Sequence record: ON528746
Reading direction: 5' to 3' (one strand)
Length of the DNA stretch: 64,000 nucleotides
From: Shigella phage ESh36
Below the pieces are notes generated by a model that was not told the origin of the DNA, made no database searches, and was given only the letters and a program-made list of their open reading frames with translations. The translations under genes and the position numbers were made by a program. Shown here piece by piece: positions 10,447 through 19,977 of this stretch. How positions within the stretch are numbered: the stretch's first letter is position 1; each line of letters opens with the position of its first letter.

Positions 10447-10506
10447 TTCTACTTTAGAGGAACGAATTTTATTATAATCTATTTCAGAAGTCTGGGTGTT
10501 CATCTT

Positions 10507-10713
10507 TCACAGTTGCCACCATTTTTTGACTTGATAAGAATCAACCCACACTTTCATATTAGGGTCTGCTCTTACAATAGGAGGATTAACTTCTTTAATT
10601 GAACTATCATGGTATTCTTTTTCAGAAATTTTCACACAAAGATGACCATTCAAAGATTCAGTAAATCCTGCATTAATTTTAAGACGCTTGAATTTTACGT
10701 GTGTAAGCATCAA
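10507..10713 (-). CDS. Hypothetical protein
   Basis: 68 aa ORF in the early-gene orientation; overlaps the next ORF. Confidence 0.3.
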   Translation of the reverse strand: MMLTHVKFKRLKINAGFTESLNGHLCVKISEKEYHDSSIKEVNPPIVRADPNMKVWVDSYQVKKWWQL

Positions 10714-10996
10714 TCATATCCTCAATCTGCGATCTAGTAGTCTTCCAAAGAATACTAATGAGTTCATCGTTATATGGCTGTTTTAGAATATCCCGACTTT
10801 TCTTGATAGCATATTCGTATTGAGCAAAATTATTGTTTTCAGCTGCAATTTGAGCGTGTTTATAAAGACGGTTCAGTTCGCGTTTATTTTTAGACAATAA
10901 CTTATTTGCTTTTCTTTCTGCTTCAAGACGGTTCTTTTCTTCAATAGAAGAAATAAGCTTTTCCACTTCATCATTAATTTCGGGTTTATCAGTCAT
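10679..10996 (-). CDS. Hypothetical protein (coiled-coil)
   Basis: 105 aa ORF; compact packing with neighbours. Confidence 0.45.
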   Translation of the reverse strand: MTDKPEINDEVEKLISSIEEKNRLEAERKANKLLSKNKRELNRLYKHAQIAAENNNFAQYEYAIKKSRDILKQPYNDELISILWKTTRSQIEDMIDAYTRKIQAS

Positions 10997-10997
10997 A

Positions 10998-11216
10998 TTA
11001 TTTCTCTAATATAATATAAAAATCATCATCTGTTAAATGATACCGATAGTTTAATTCTACACCATTAGATTTAAAAGCGGTATCATACGGATTTTCTGGA
11101 TCAATATCAATGTCAAGAGCTAAAACTTCCCTGAGATACATTTTAAGTAAATAGGGAATAGCTTCAACTTCAGGTATTTCTTCCAAGAATCCGGAGAGGT
11201 TAATCGTTAGCCTCAT
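10998..11216 (-). CDS. Hypothetical protein
   Basis: 72 aa ORF immediately downstream of gene 55. Confidence 0.45.
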
Positions 11217-11757
11217 ATAAAAAATCCAAACTAGGAGAATCGTCTACAACACTTTTCTTTTCAGCCCCCGGTGTTCTATAGGTTGATTCTTCGTAATGCG
11301 TCATTTTATCGTAGATGTCTTGAATAAAAGTTTCATCTACTAACGCAACCATATCGTCGTCACGACTGTCATAGACATTGTGAACGAAGTAACTATATTT
11401 CTTTGCAACTTCCTTACGTTCTTTTTTAATACGTTGGACGAATGCATTAAAACAAGCTTGAGTTATATATGCATGTGGGTTTTTATATTTCGTTTCATCA
11501 AAATTATGAAGCCCCTTAATAGAAGCTTCTATACCATCTGCAATCATTTCTTGTTTCCAGGATTGGGTGTATCCTGAAAAGTTGAAACGTTTAGATAAGC
11601 CTTCTGCAATAAGCATAATGGCTAATCCGATAGTATCATTCTGACGAACTACTTTATTTGGGTCTTTATTATTTGCTAATTCTGTTTTCCAATCAATAAT
11701 AGCTTGTAAAAGCTCTTTATTGTTTACGTAATTATATTTAGGCTTAGTTTCTGACAT
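11200..11757 (-). CDS. 55: Late-transcription sigma factor gp55
   Basis: 185 aa from the ATG at 11757 ([24 protein letters not shown]...); matches T4 gp55. Confidence 0.9.
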
Positions 11758-11835
11758 TTTCACCTCTTAGCTCAATTCATAGATCTATTATATCATAATA
11801 TTTGAATATCTATCTTAAAGCATAGAGGATATCAG

Positions 11836-12105
11836 TTATCTAAGTAAACAGTATGCTTGGAACACTTTCTCCATCATCTTTTTAAATTCATGAATATCTA
11901 TATAATGACTAGTTAAATCAGCATGATATAAAAAGTCTAAAAACTTTTCATGTGTGCTAACATATTCGCTTTCATTTAATTCAGAAACATGGCTTTCCCA
12001 ATATCCAACACCAGTCTTATTTGGGAAAAATGAAATTTTCATGCATTGGTCAACATAGAAAATACCAAAATTTTCAATAGCAATAGAAATATTAATTAAT
12101 TTCAT
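11836..12105 (-). CDS. Hypothetical protein (55.x series)
   Basis: 89 aa ORF. Confidence 0.4.
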   Translation of the reverse strand: MKLINISIAIENFGIFYVDQCMKISFFPNKTGVGYWESHVSELNESEYVSTHEKFLDFLYHADLTSHYIDIHEFKKMMEKVFQAYCLLR

Positions 12106-12323
12106 ACATTCATCAACTTAGCCGCTTCAAGAGCTGCATCTAGTGAATCAAACTGGTCAACGTATTCAATCAATTCGCCATAATTAGCGTATAACCACCA
12201 TTGGCTAAATTCATACTCAAGGATGAATCCATTTCCTTCAATTTGAGTTAAACCAATGCCATTTGTATTTACTTCATATCCGGCAAGACGTAAATCGTTA
12301 ATAAGAGCTTCGTTCATATTCAT
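12102..12323 (-). CDS. Hypothetical protein (55.x series)
   Basis: 73 aa ORF; 4-nt overlap with neighbour. Confidence 0.45.
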   Translation of the reverse strand: MNMNEALINDLRLAGYEVNTNGIGLTQIEGNGFILEYEFSQWWLYANYGELIEYVDQFDSLDAALEAAKLMNV

Positions 12324-12646
12324 ACCTTAGCAATTTTCAGATCAGCAAATTTTTTCTTGCGTTGATTTTTCATACGACGAATAGTTTTATCGGAAATTTC
12401 ATGCTTTTGATAAGCTTTAGATTCTACGCCAAAAGCTTTAACATCAAATTCTGACAAGATATATTGAACCAACAATTCACGGACAGTATTGCGCCCAATC
12501 TTCTGATCATTCTGTTTCATCGTCTGATGAAGCTCTTTTTCCCATTTATCCAAAATTTGAGGAGTTACAATATCGCCTTTTTCTAGCAAAGAAACTACTT
12601 TATCATATGCGTAAGAATTGATGGCGTTTTTAATTTGAATAGTCAT
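12320..12646 (-). CDS. Hypothetical protein (55.x series)
   Basis: 108 aa ORF; 4-nt overlap. Confidence 0.45.
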   Translation of the reverse strand: MTIQIKNAINSYAYDKVVSLLEKGDIVTPQILDKWEKELHQTMKQNDQKIGRNTVRELLVQYILSEFDVKAFGVESKAYQKHEISDKTIRRMKNQRKKKFADLKIAKV

Positions 12647-12684
12647 ACATTATCCTCAATTGCGTTAAAATTTTATTATCCAAA

Positions 12685-12700
12685 AAGGGCCGAAGCCCTT
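12685..12700 (-). terminator. C(UUCG)G hairpin followed by a U-run (intrinsic terminator candidate)
   Basis: AAGGGC-CGAA-GCCCTT, then TTTTATTATCCAAAA on plus = U-rich tract on the transcript. Confidence 0.55.
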
Positions 12701-12899
12701 AGCTAAACTGTTTGGCACCCTTCCAGCCTTCGTACATCATTGCGACTGATATTAATATTGCTCCTGCGCATTTTGAATATTTGTGATTCCAAAACCAGTT
12801 CAGAAAAACTTCGTCATCAATACCTTGGGCTATCATATTTTCAAAGAACTGACGACGAGCTTCAGCAATTCGTTGTGATAATTTAGATTCAGGATTCAT
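12699..12899 (-). CDS. Hypothetical protein
   Basis: 66 aa ORF. Confidence 0.4.
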   Translation of the reverse strand: MNPESKLSQRIAEARRQFFENMIAQGIDDEVFLNWFWNHKYSKCAGAILISVAMMYEGWKGAKQFS

Positions 12900-13031
12900 T
12901 TAAATTTTCCAGTTACCATTTTCATCAATAAATTTAATCCAATCATTTACTGACCACTTGGTCGTATCGCCTTTTGGAGCAACATTTAAAGTGTATAATC
13001 CTTGTTTAAAAAGCATGCGTTTGATATTCAT
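12900..13031 (-). CDS. Hypothetical small protein; start placed at the internal ATG
   Basis: ORF-track 12900..13115 overlaps its neighbour; ATG at 13031 (MNIKRMLFKQ...) gives 43 aa. Confidence 0.3.
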   Translation of the reverse strand: MNIKRMLFKQGLYTLNVAPKGDTTKWSVNDWIKFIDENGNWKI

Positions 13032-13038
13032 ATTTTCC

Positions 13039-13332
13039 TCAGCTGTAACGATAGCACTCGTTTGATTTACGCTTAGCAACTCGTTGAGAAGTATTGTAAT
13101 CAAAATCATCGTCAATGTAAACTGATTTTTTCAACTTTCTTACTTCACCACGTAATTGGCGATTTAACTCATCTTTAACTTCTGAATCAATGCCTTTCAT
13201 TCTACGCCATTTATCAGAGCGAAAAATGTTTTCGACCATATCTTTATGACTTACACCATCAGGAGCTTTACGCTTTCCAAAATAGTCATAATCACGCACT
13301 TTTAAATCTTTACGACGATACGTTTTACCCAT
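13039..13332 (-). CDS. Hypothetical basic protein
   Basis: 97 aa from the ATG at 13332 with SD (MGKTYRRKDLKVRDYDYFGKRK...). Confidence 0.4.
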   Translation of the reverse strand: MGKTYRRKDLKVRDYDYFGKRKAPDGVSHKDMVENIFRSDKWRRMKGIDSEVKDELNRQLRGEVRKLKKSVYIDDDFDYNTSQRVAKRKSNECYRYS

Positions 13333-13529
13333 GGAGTTTAATTTCCTTAGCAACTGAACTAAATACAGCACGATCACAAATCAAGCGTTTATTCCATTTA
13401 AGTAAAGTATAGTGAACCTCAAAATCATCTACTGCTGTAACAATAACAATATGTCCGTTAACACGATAATACTGATCTCTTTTAATCTCTTTATCAACCA
13501 TATCAATTCCTCAAAGGCAATTCATGTGT

Positions 13530-13563
13530 TAATAATACCACAGTTTGAACTTCTTGTAAACAA
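13530..13563 (-). promoter_or_regulatory. T4-type early promoter
   Basis: On the transcribed strand: GTTTAC, 18 bp spacer, TATTAT, with AT-rich upstream tract. Confidence 0.6.
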
Positions 13564-13629
13564 CTTTGTGAAAATTATTTTAGGGAATGATAAGAAGGGA
13601 ACGATAGTTAGAATGGTAATATACAGAAT

Positions 13630-13654
13630 GTGAGAAAGAAAGGCCCAGAGGGCC
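13630..13654 (-). terminator. Intrinsic terminator downstream of nrdH
   Basis: GGCCC-AGA-GGGCC hairpin followed on the transcript by UUUCUUUCUC. Confidence 0.6.
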
Positions 13655-13658
13655 CATC

Positions 13659-13967
13659 TTAGTCTTCTATGATATCTCTATCATATCCAAGTGAAATGAG
13701 AGTTTCTTTGAAGTGTTTAATGTTCTTTTGTCTAGAATCATTGATGAAAATGACTGGATAACGAATGTTAAGAGATGTGAATCCAGCGCGTTTAGCAAGA
13801 GATACAATCAGTGGACGATCATACTCAATCTTACCATTATTTGTAAGAACTTTATAGAAAGTAAAAGGAGCATTGAGCTCCTTTAGAAGTTTTGTAACTG
13901 ATTGACATCCAGGACAACGACCTACTTCATCTGGAATTCCATAGACTTCAATCTTGTTCTGTTTCAC
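13659..13967 (-). CDS. nrdH: Glutaredoxin-like redoxin NrdH
   Basis: 102 aa; CPGC active-site motif near the N-terminus; position upstream of nrdG/nrdD as in T4. Confidence 0.6.
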   Translation of the reverse strand: MKQNKIEVYGIPDEVGRCPGCQSVTKLLKELNAPFTFYKVLTNNGKIEYDRPLIVSLAKRAGFTSLNIRYPVIFINDSRQKNIKHFKETLISLGYDRDIIED

Positions 13968-13969
13968 AA

Positions 13970-14182
13970 CTATTCCTTACTAAGAGCAGCATTCAGCTTA
14001 TTAGTAATTTTATCCAGACGCTCATTGAACTCGCTAGAAGACAGTCCTTTTTCTGGAGAAATCAAACTAATCACGAAAAATATAGCAATAAAAGGAATAA
14101 GGAAAATAGCTCCAACTGCCATAAACAGAAAGAATGTTACAGTTGTAAGAAAATCAGCTAAACCTTTGCGAAATTTATACAT
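13970..14182 (-). CDS. Small membrane protein
   Basis: 70 aa; one long hydrophobic segment (FLFMAVGAIFLIPFIAIFFVISLI). Confidence 0.4.
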   Translation of the reverse strand: MYKFRKGLADFLTTVTFFLFMAVGAIFLIPFIAIFFVISLISPEKGLSSSEFNERLDKITNKLNAALSKE

Positions 14183-14297
14183 ATTTTACCCTTAATTGAT
14201 TAACCAAGCATTGATAAGCACTAAACTATATTGCGAATAAAATTCTGGACCAAAATGAAAAATCATATCATTTATAGTGTCCATAATATAATTCAAT

Positions 14298-14768
14298 TTA
14301 ATCATGTTTCCACACCCCATCGGTATTTGACCAAAGTCGCTGATTATCTGATCCTCGCCACAGCTTTTTAGTCGGAAGATTTTTCTCATACTTCCCATCA
14401 ATAATAACATCAACATATTTAAGCATTTCTAGTTGTTTAATATCCTCAAACTTATATCCTGTCCACAACCAAATGCTTTTATTTGGATAAAGATTTTTTA
14501 CTGTTTGAACAATGCAATGAATAACATCTCGGTTATCAGGATAGAGAGGGTCTCCTCCAGTTATAGTCAATCCTTCTATATAATCATTATTCAAACATTC
14601 AATTAATTGTTCCAGTGTTTCACCAGTGAATGGAACGCCATTTCTAGCATTCCATGTTGATTTATTATAACACCCTTCGCATTTATGCAAACAACCTGTG
14701 ACGAAAAGAACGACCCTGCATCCAGGGCCATTCACAAAATCACAAGGATAAAATCTATCATAATTCAT
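14298..14768 (-). CDS. nrdG: Anaerobic ribonucleotide reductase activating protein NrdG (radical SAM)
   Basis: 156 aa; radical-SAM-like cysteine cluster CLHKCEGC; 4-nt overlap with nrdD. Confidence 0.85.
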   Translation of the reverse strand: MNYDRFYPCDFVNGPGCRVVLFVTGCLHKCEGCYNKSTWNARNGVPFTGETLEQLIECLNNDYIEGLTITGGDPLYPDNRDVIHCIVQTVKNLYPNKSIWLWTGYKFEDIKQLEMLKYVDVIIDGKYEKNLPTKKLWRGSDNQRLWSNTDGVWKHD

Positions 14769-16582
14769 TGGTGTTTAACCCTACGCATGATTTCTTTATT
14801 TTTTCCAAGATTAAATCCGCGTTCGTTCGGATTTCCCAAATAACCACAAGTTCTTCTTATTGTGTTCATCTTTTTAGGATCAGTTTCTCCACAAATAGAA
14901 CAAACAAATCCGTTTTCAGTAGGAGTCATTTCATGAGTACTTCCACACGTAAAACATTTATCTACTGGCATATTAACACCAAAATAATCTAAATGTTGTG
15001 CAGCATAATCCCATACAGCCTCAAGACCTTTTAGGTTATTTTTCATATCAGGAAGTTCAACATAAGAAATGTGACCACCTGTCGCAATGAAATGATATGG
15101 TGCTTCGCGAGAAATCTTTTCAAACGGAGTGATATTTTCTTCTACTGAAACATGGAAACTGTTAGTGTACCATCCTTTATCAGTAACATCTTTTACACTT
15201 CCATATTTTTCAGTATCAAGTTTACAGAAGCGATAACAAAGGTTTTCAGCAGGTGTAGAATACAAACTAAAAGCAAAACCGGTTCTTTCAGTCCACTGCT
15301 TAAGACGAGCATTCATTTTAGTTAAAATTTCCTGTCCAATATCACGACCGACAAGAATATTCAATTCGTGAATACCAATGTATCCCAAAGACACTGAACT
15401 TCTACCGTTTTTAAATAACTCAATTATGTCGTCATCAGGTTTAAGACGAACCCCGAATGCACCTTCTTGGTAAAGAATAGGAGCAACAGTCGCTTTAACT
15501 CCTTTTAAGGAACTAATTCTACACATCAAAGCTTCAAAGCATAAATCCATTCGCTCATTGAACAATTCGGCAAATTTTTGTTCATTGAACTGTGTTCCAA
15601 TATAAGAATCTAACGCAATGCGAGGAAGATTCAGTGTTACAACACCAAGATTATTACGTCCATCAAGAATTTCATTACCAGTCGAATCTTTCCATACGCT
15701 TAAGAAACTACGGCAACCCATTGGAGAAACAGGAATAGATGAACCAGTGATAGCTTTATTGTTCTTAGCTGAAATAATATCAGGATACATTCTTTTGCTT
15801 GCACACTCTAGAGCAAGCTGCTTAATATCATAGTTCGGATCATCTTTATAAAGATTAACACCTTCTTCAACGAACATAACAAGCTTAGGGAAAATAGGAG
15901 TTATCCCATCGCGACCAAGACCTTTAATACGATTTTTCAGAATTGCTTTCTGAATCATTCGTTCAGTCCAGTCAGTTCCCGTACCAAATGTAATTGTTAC
16001 AAAAGGCGTTTGTCCGTTTGAACTAAAAAGAGTATTTACTTCATATTCATAAGCTTGGAATGCATCGTATACGTCTTTTTCTGTTTTAGATTGAGCATAA
16101 TTCAACGCATCAGCGATTTGCCATTTTTCTGCGTCCTCAATATGTTTTGCGTAGGTACGTTTAACATAAGGAGAAAGTACTTTATCTACATTCGCAAAGG
16201 TCGTTCCGCCATATTGATGGGAAGCAACCTGTGCAGTAATTTGTGCCATAATTGCAGTAGCAACGCCAATTGATTTAGGAGTTTCAATCTGTGCATTACC
16301 GAGCTTAAATCCGTTCTCAAGCATTCCTTTTAAATCTACTAAACAGCAATTAGTAAATGGAAGAGCAGGGGAATAATCAATATCATGGAAATGAATAATT
16401 CCGCTTTCATGCGCTTTCATAATAAAAGACGGGACCATATTTTTGGCAATGTGTTTAGACACAATACCAGCCATAAGGTCCCGTTGAGTTGGAAAAACAC
16501 GAGAATCTTTATTAGCATTCTCGTTTAAAAGGTCTTTATTAGTTTTATGAATCAATCCTTCAATTTCTTTTTCAATTGTCAT
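14765..16582 (-). CDS. nrdD: Anaerobic ribonucleoside-triphosphate reductase NrdD, uninterrupted
   Basis: 605 aa continuous ORF; C-terminal glycyl-radical motif RRTCGYLG and Cys cluster CFTCGS...CSICG. Confidence 0.9.
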   Translation of the reverse strand: MTIEKEIEGLIHKTNKDLLNENANKDSRVFPTQRDLMAGIVSKHIAKNMVPSFIMKAHESGIIHFHDIDYSPALPFTNCCLVDLKGMLENGFKLGNAQIETPKSIGVATAIMAQITAQVASHQYGGTTFANVDKVLSPYVKRTYAKHIEDAEKWQIADALNYAQSKTEKDVYDAFQAYEYEVNTLFSSNGQTPFVTITFGTGTDWTERMIQKAILKNRIKGLGRDGITPIFPKLVMFVEEGVNLYKDDPNYDIKQLALECASKRMYPDIISAKNNKAITGSSIPVSPMGCRSFLSVWKDSTGNEILDGRNNLGVVTLNLPRIALDSYIGTQFNEQKFAELFNERMDLCFEALMCRISSLKGVKATVAPILYQEGAFGVRLKPDDDIIELFKNGRSSVSLGYIGIHELNILVGRDIGQEILTKMNARLKQWTERTGFAFSLYSTPAENLCYRFCKLDTEKYGSVKDVTDKGWYTNSFHVSVEENITPFEKISREAPYHFIATGGHISYVELPDMKNNLKGLEAVWDYAAQHLDYFGVNMPVDKCFTCGSTHEMTPTENGFVCSICGETDPKKMNTIRRTCGYLGNPNERGFNLGKNKEIMRRVKHQ

Positions 16583-17052
16583 TTTAAACTCTTTCTAAGC
16601 TGCTTCTTAAATGAAGCTATTAATTGTGTTTTAGTGTCAGATTCATTATATTCAAATCCTCTTTGAAGCATCTCAGCCATCATTTCCTCTTTTCCTAAAC
16701 GAGAAAATTCCTTTGATTTATCTCCAACGAAGTTAGGGTGAATATTATTTTGGGTGTAATCGGATTTTAAATAAGTAAGTAAATTTTCTAACCATTCAAG
16801 ATAATCAACACCTTGTCCCTTTAAGCCAGAACGATTAAATTTGTGTTTCATTTGACCTTCTGCAGCATTGCAGAGATTACAGAGCAATCCACGTACCTTT
16901 CCAGCTTTCGGTCCATTTAATTCATGGTCATGGTCAAGATGATTAGCTTGAACATCAGGATTTAATTCTCGTTGGCAAATTAAGCATTTACCGTTTTGTG
17001 CATTATAAAATTTCTGTTTTTCTTCTTTATATAATTTGCCAGTCAATAACAT
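16579..17052 (-). CDS. 49: Endonuclease VII (Holliday junction resolvase) gp49
   Basis: 157 aa; MLLTGKLYKEEKQKFY...HLDHDHELNGPKAGKVRGLLCNLCN matches T4 EndoVII. Confidence 0.9.
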   Translation of the reverse strand: MLLTGKLYKEEKQKFYNAQNGKCLICQRELNPDVQANHLDHDHELNGPKAGKVRGLLCNLCNAAEGQMKHKFNRSGLKGQGVDYLEWLENLLTYLKSDYTQNNIHPNFVGDKSKEFSRLGKEEMMAEMLQRGFEYNESDTKTQLIASFKKQLRKSLK

Positions 17053-17100
17053 AATAAACCCTTACCTTAAATAGATAAGGGTATTTATTATTTTCAAGTA

Positions 17101-17565
17101 TTAAAACGCTCGGTCAGAAAAAGAAATTTGAGTTTCAAGCCATTCAATATATTCTGCCGCAGCTTGCATTAAATTTCCTTCATAGCCATCGTTGTTTTCT
17201 TGTGCAGCTAATTTAGCTAATGCATATGAAATGCGTTCACCTTGAAAAGCGGCTTTAGGTTTATGAATAGCTTGATCAACTCGTTCTACAACTTCTTCAA
17301 TTTCGCCATTTTCTACTGATTCAGTGTTCCACAAGCACCAATACGTAATTGGCTTATCGTAAATGTTAATAACCTTTCCGCCAGAAAGTTCAATTTCAAT
17401 AATTCCAGTATCAGGTTCTATATCATCTTCGCATTCTTTTGCAAGTTCACGAACTTTAAAGACAGTACCTGCACTAAGTTCCGGCCAGTAATTACATAGC
17501 CCTTTATCAGCACGATTAATTCTAAACCACTTATCTACTGCAATCATATCCCATCTCCATATCAA
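17101..17565 (-). CDS. Hypothetical protein at the position of T4 pin (protease inhibitor); identity not verified
   Basis: 154 aa ORF immediately after gene 49. Confidence 0.35.
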   Translation of the reverse strand: MIWRWDMIAVDKWFRINRADKGLCNYWPELSAGTVFKVRELAKECEDDIEPDTGIIEIELSGGKVINIYDKPITYWCLWNTESVENGEIEEVVERVDQAIHKPKAAFQGERISYALAKLAAQENNDGYEGNLMQAAAEYIEWLETQISFSDRAF

Positions 17566-17670
17566 TTAAGTCATTTATCGTTGGTTCATTATATACTGTT
17601 TCTTCATCAGTGTAAACCGGTTCTTCCGGCTCTGGCTCTACAGTTTCCCATCTAGCCGCCCACCAAGGTT

Positions 17671-18018
17671 TTATAGCGTAATCCATTCTCGTATTGTCTG
17701 AGTTACTACACGTTCACGAGGTTCGACTAATTCAACAGTCGGAACTGCATAATACCAATCAGAATGGTAAGAACCTGAGCGAGATTCATTTACGGAAACA
17801 TGCACATTATGTTTTGGACTAAAATAAACACACTGACGATATTGGCATTTGCCGTCTTGCACCCAGTCTTCTATTTCGACAGGTTTAAGATAATCCGAAA
17901 AATCGAAATCATAGTTTTCTGAAAATGCATCATGGTCTTCGATGATTTCACTCAGAACTGCATCAACATCGTAAATCATATTTACCCCAATTTGACCATA
18001 CAATCGCCGTATTTCCAT
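17671..18018 (-). CDS. Hypothetical protein (49.x)
   Basis: 115 aa ORF. Confidence 0.4.
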   Translation of the reverse strand: MEIRRLYGQIGVNMIYDVDAVLSEIIEDHDAFSENYDFDFSDYLKPVEIEDWVQDGKCQYRQCVYFSPKHNVHVSVNESRSGSYHSDWYYAVPTVELVEPRERVVTQTIREWITL

Positions 18019-18197
18019 TTAGAAATAGACTTTTCACCATTAGAATAATAAACTTCGAGTTTAGCGCGGCCATTTTTAATTTGAATAACCTTTGCTGTCA
18101 TCAAAGTTCCATACCCATAATAAACTGCAACCTCATCACCCACATATACCGCGCTTCCGCGGTAGTCATGGATATAATCAGTTCCTTCGAGCATCAT
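17982..18197 (-). CDS. Hypothetical protein (49.x)
   Basis: 71 aa ORF; overlaps neighbours. Confidence 0.35.
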   Translation of the reverse strand: MMLEGTDYIHDYRGSAVYVGDEVAVYYGYGTLMTAKVIQIKNGRAKLEVYYSNGEKSISKWKYGDCMVKLG

Positions 18198-18457
18198 TTA
18201 AAGTATTCCCGCAATTGGTCAAATCCACCAATATGACTTCCATCAGGAGCAAATACCTGAGGCATCGTCAATCCAATTTGAGTATCACGACCCAGTTTCG
18301 TCAGAAGCTCAGCGATTTTCTCATCATCAAAAACACCTTTTTCCGGCATAATGTTGATAAATTCAAACGGCTGTTTCTTCACAGTCAAAAGACGTTTTGC
18401 ATTATCGCAATACACACATTTGTGGATGTTGCTATCATAACCATATACTTTAAACAT
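18194..18457 (-). CDS. nrdC: Thioredoxin/glutaredoxin NrdC
   Basis: 87 aa; CVYC active site; MFKVYGYDSNIHKCVYCDNAKRLL... matches T4 NrdC. Confidence 0.88.
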   Translation of the reverse strand: MFKVYGYDSNIHKCVYCDNAKRLLTVKKQPFEFINIMPEKGVFDDEKIAELLTKLGRDTQIGLTMPQVFAPDGSHIGGFDQLREYFK

Positions 18458-18458
18458 A

Positions 18459-18716
18459 TTATTCCTTAATTCCTAGTACTTGTTTAAAAGTCTCGTCGTA
18501 ATCAAGACTTTGGCCCGTTTGTTCTTTATGTTTGTATATAATATCACTTACTTCTGATAGCATATTTTTATATGAACGAGTTAAAGCAGATTTAAGCACG
18601 CTGTATCTATCAGGAAATTTACCATGTTCATTATAATAAGCTATTGCTAATTCACGGACTGCTTTTTCAGCAATCTCCATATATTCTTTACGCTTTTTCA
18701 TTTTCTTCTCGGTCAA
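18459..18716 (-). CDS. Hypothetical protein (nrdC.1 position)
   Basis: 85 aa ORF. Confidence 0.45.
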   Translation of the reverse strand: MTEKKMKKRKEYMEIAEKAVRELAIAYYNEHGKFPDRYSVLKSALTRSYKNMLSEVSDIIYKHKEQTGQSLDYDETFKQVLGIKE

Positions 18717-19002
18717 ATCGGTGTTTACAATGACGACATTTATAACGAAGATTACTAGTCTGCCAATGAACTAATTGAACCTGTTCAGTTCCACATTCAG
18801 GGCAATTAGGAACGTTTTTAGAAGCCCTTTCGCGACGTTCAACCATGACCATTACAGAATCCCAATTAATAGGGCTGCTATAATCATCACAACCGTGAAT
18901 CTTTCCACGCATTTCCAGATCGTCTTCTTCACCAGCCATAATAATTTTAATTAGACTAGAATTACTTGAAGCTGCAATGTCTTCTAATAGACGCTTTTTC
19001 AT
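18688..19002 (-). CDS. Hypothetical Cys-rich protein (zinc-ribbon-like; nrdC.2 position)
   Basis: 104 aa; CPECGTEQ...CRHCKH. Confidence 0.45.
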   Translation of the reverse strand: MKKRLLEDIAASSNSSLIKIIMAGEEDDLEMRGKIHGCDDYSSPINWDSVMVMVERRERASKNVPNCPECGTEQVQLVHWQTSNLRYKCRHCKHRFDREENEKA

Positions 19003-19925
19003 TTCAATACCTCAATAGCATTGCGTAAACCATTTGCTTTGGCGGTTAAAGCCTTAAGAACTTTAGTATGCTCTTCAATTTGTTTTTCAACTTCAATCAA
19101 ACGAGCATTGAGATATTCGCGTTCTTCTTTCATAGTATCATTTCCATGATTGGATTTTGGTGTAGGTTTAAATTCACTAGGGTCCTTTAATTTAATAACA
19201 AATTTAGTTTCAAACAGTGAAAGACCATAATTCGTATTATCATCAAAGGATTTGACTACATCCATATCAGATAATAACACGCGCAAATTATAAGCCAAAG
19301 AACTAATAGTTTCATTGTGTTTATTAGCTTCGCGTGGTTTCATATACGGAAGATTTTTATATATTTCATGCGGAGCACAAACAATAATTGACAATTCAAA
19401 TTGCCCATTCTGGGACGATGGAGTGAATTTAGCCGTAACCCAGTCTTTTACATTCACATTAATAGTACGGTTATCACCATGACAAAACAGTCTACGAGAA
19501 TGCTTAAAAAGCATATTCACGTTATTATTGAATTCGTGTGAAAATTCACTAGCAAATTTTTCTTTACTATCTTTAGAAAACCATTCTTCTAAATAAGTTC
19601 TTTTCACGTCGTTAATAATATTAAATGTAACAACACTAGCATTTGATACATTAGTCTCAATGTAGCTTGGATACATAAATTTTTTAACATTATTAACAGC
19701 TATCACAGAAGATAGTAATCGGGAACGTTTGAACCACTCGAGCAAAGAACCAAGAGAATGTGAATACGCATTTTGTGTATCTTTACAAATATGGTTTTCC
19801 CATCCAATATAGTCTAAAAAATCACGAAGAATATTATTGATTACTGCTCTGTGTCCGATCTGATAATTACGGTGTTTAGTAATAAGACTGTCAAAATAAT
19901 CAATATAATGTTTACGAGTTTTCAT
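18999..19925 (-). CDS. Hypothetical protein with C-terminal coiled coil (nrdC.3 position)
   Basis: 308 aa; K/P-rich linker then helical heptad tail ...[24 protein letters not shown]. Confidence 0.5.
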   Translation of the reverse strand: MKTRKHYIDYFDSLITKHRNYQIGHRAVINNILRDFLDYIGWENHICKDTQNAYSHSLGSLLEWFKRSRLLSSVIAVNNVKKFMYPSYIETNVSNASVVTFNIINDVKRTYLEEWFSKDSKEKFASEFSHEFNNNVNMLFKHSRRLFCHGDNRTINVNVKDWVTAKFTPSSQNGQFELSIIVCAPHEIYKNLPYMKPREANKHNETISSLAYNLRVLLSDMDVVKSFDDNTNYGLSLFETKFVIKLKDPSEFKPTPKSNHGNDTMKEEREYLNARLIEVEKQIEEHTKVLKALTAKANGLRNAIEVLK

Positions 19926-19977
19926 GTTCTTCTCACTTGGTTAATGATTTATACTCCGAGCCATCCTTGGCTTTAAA

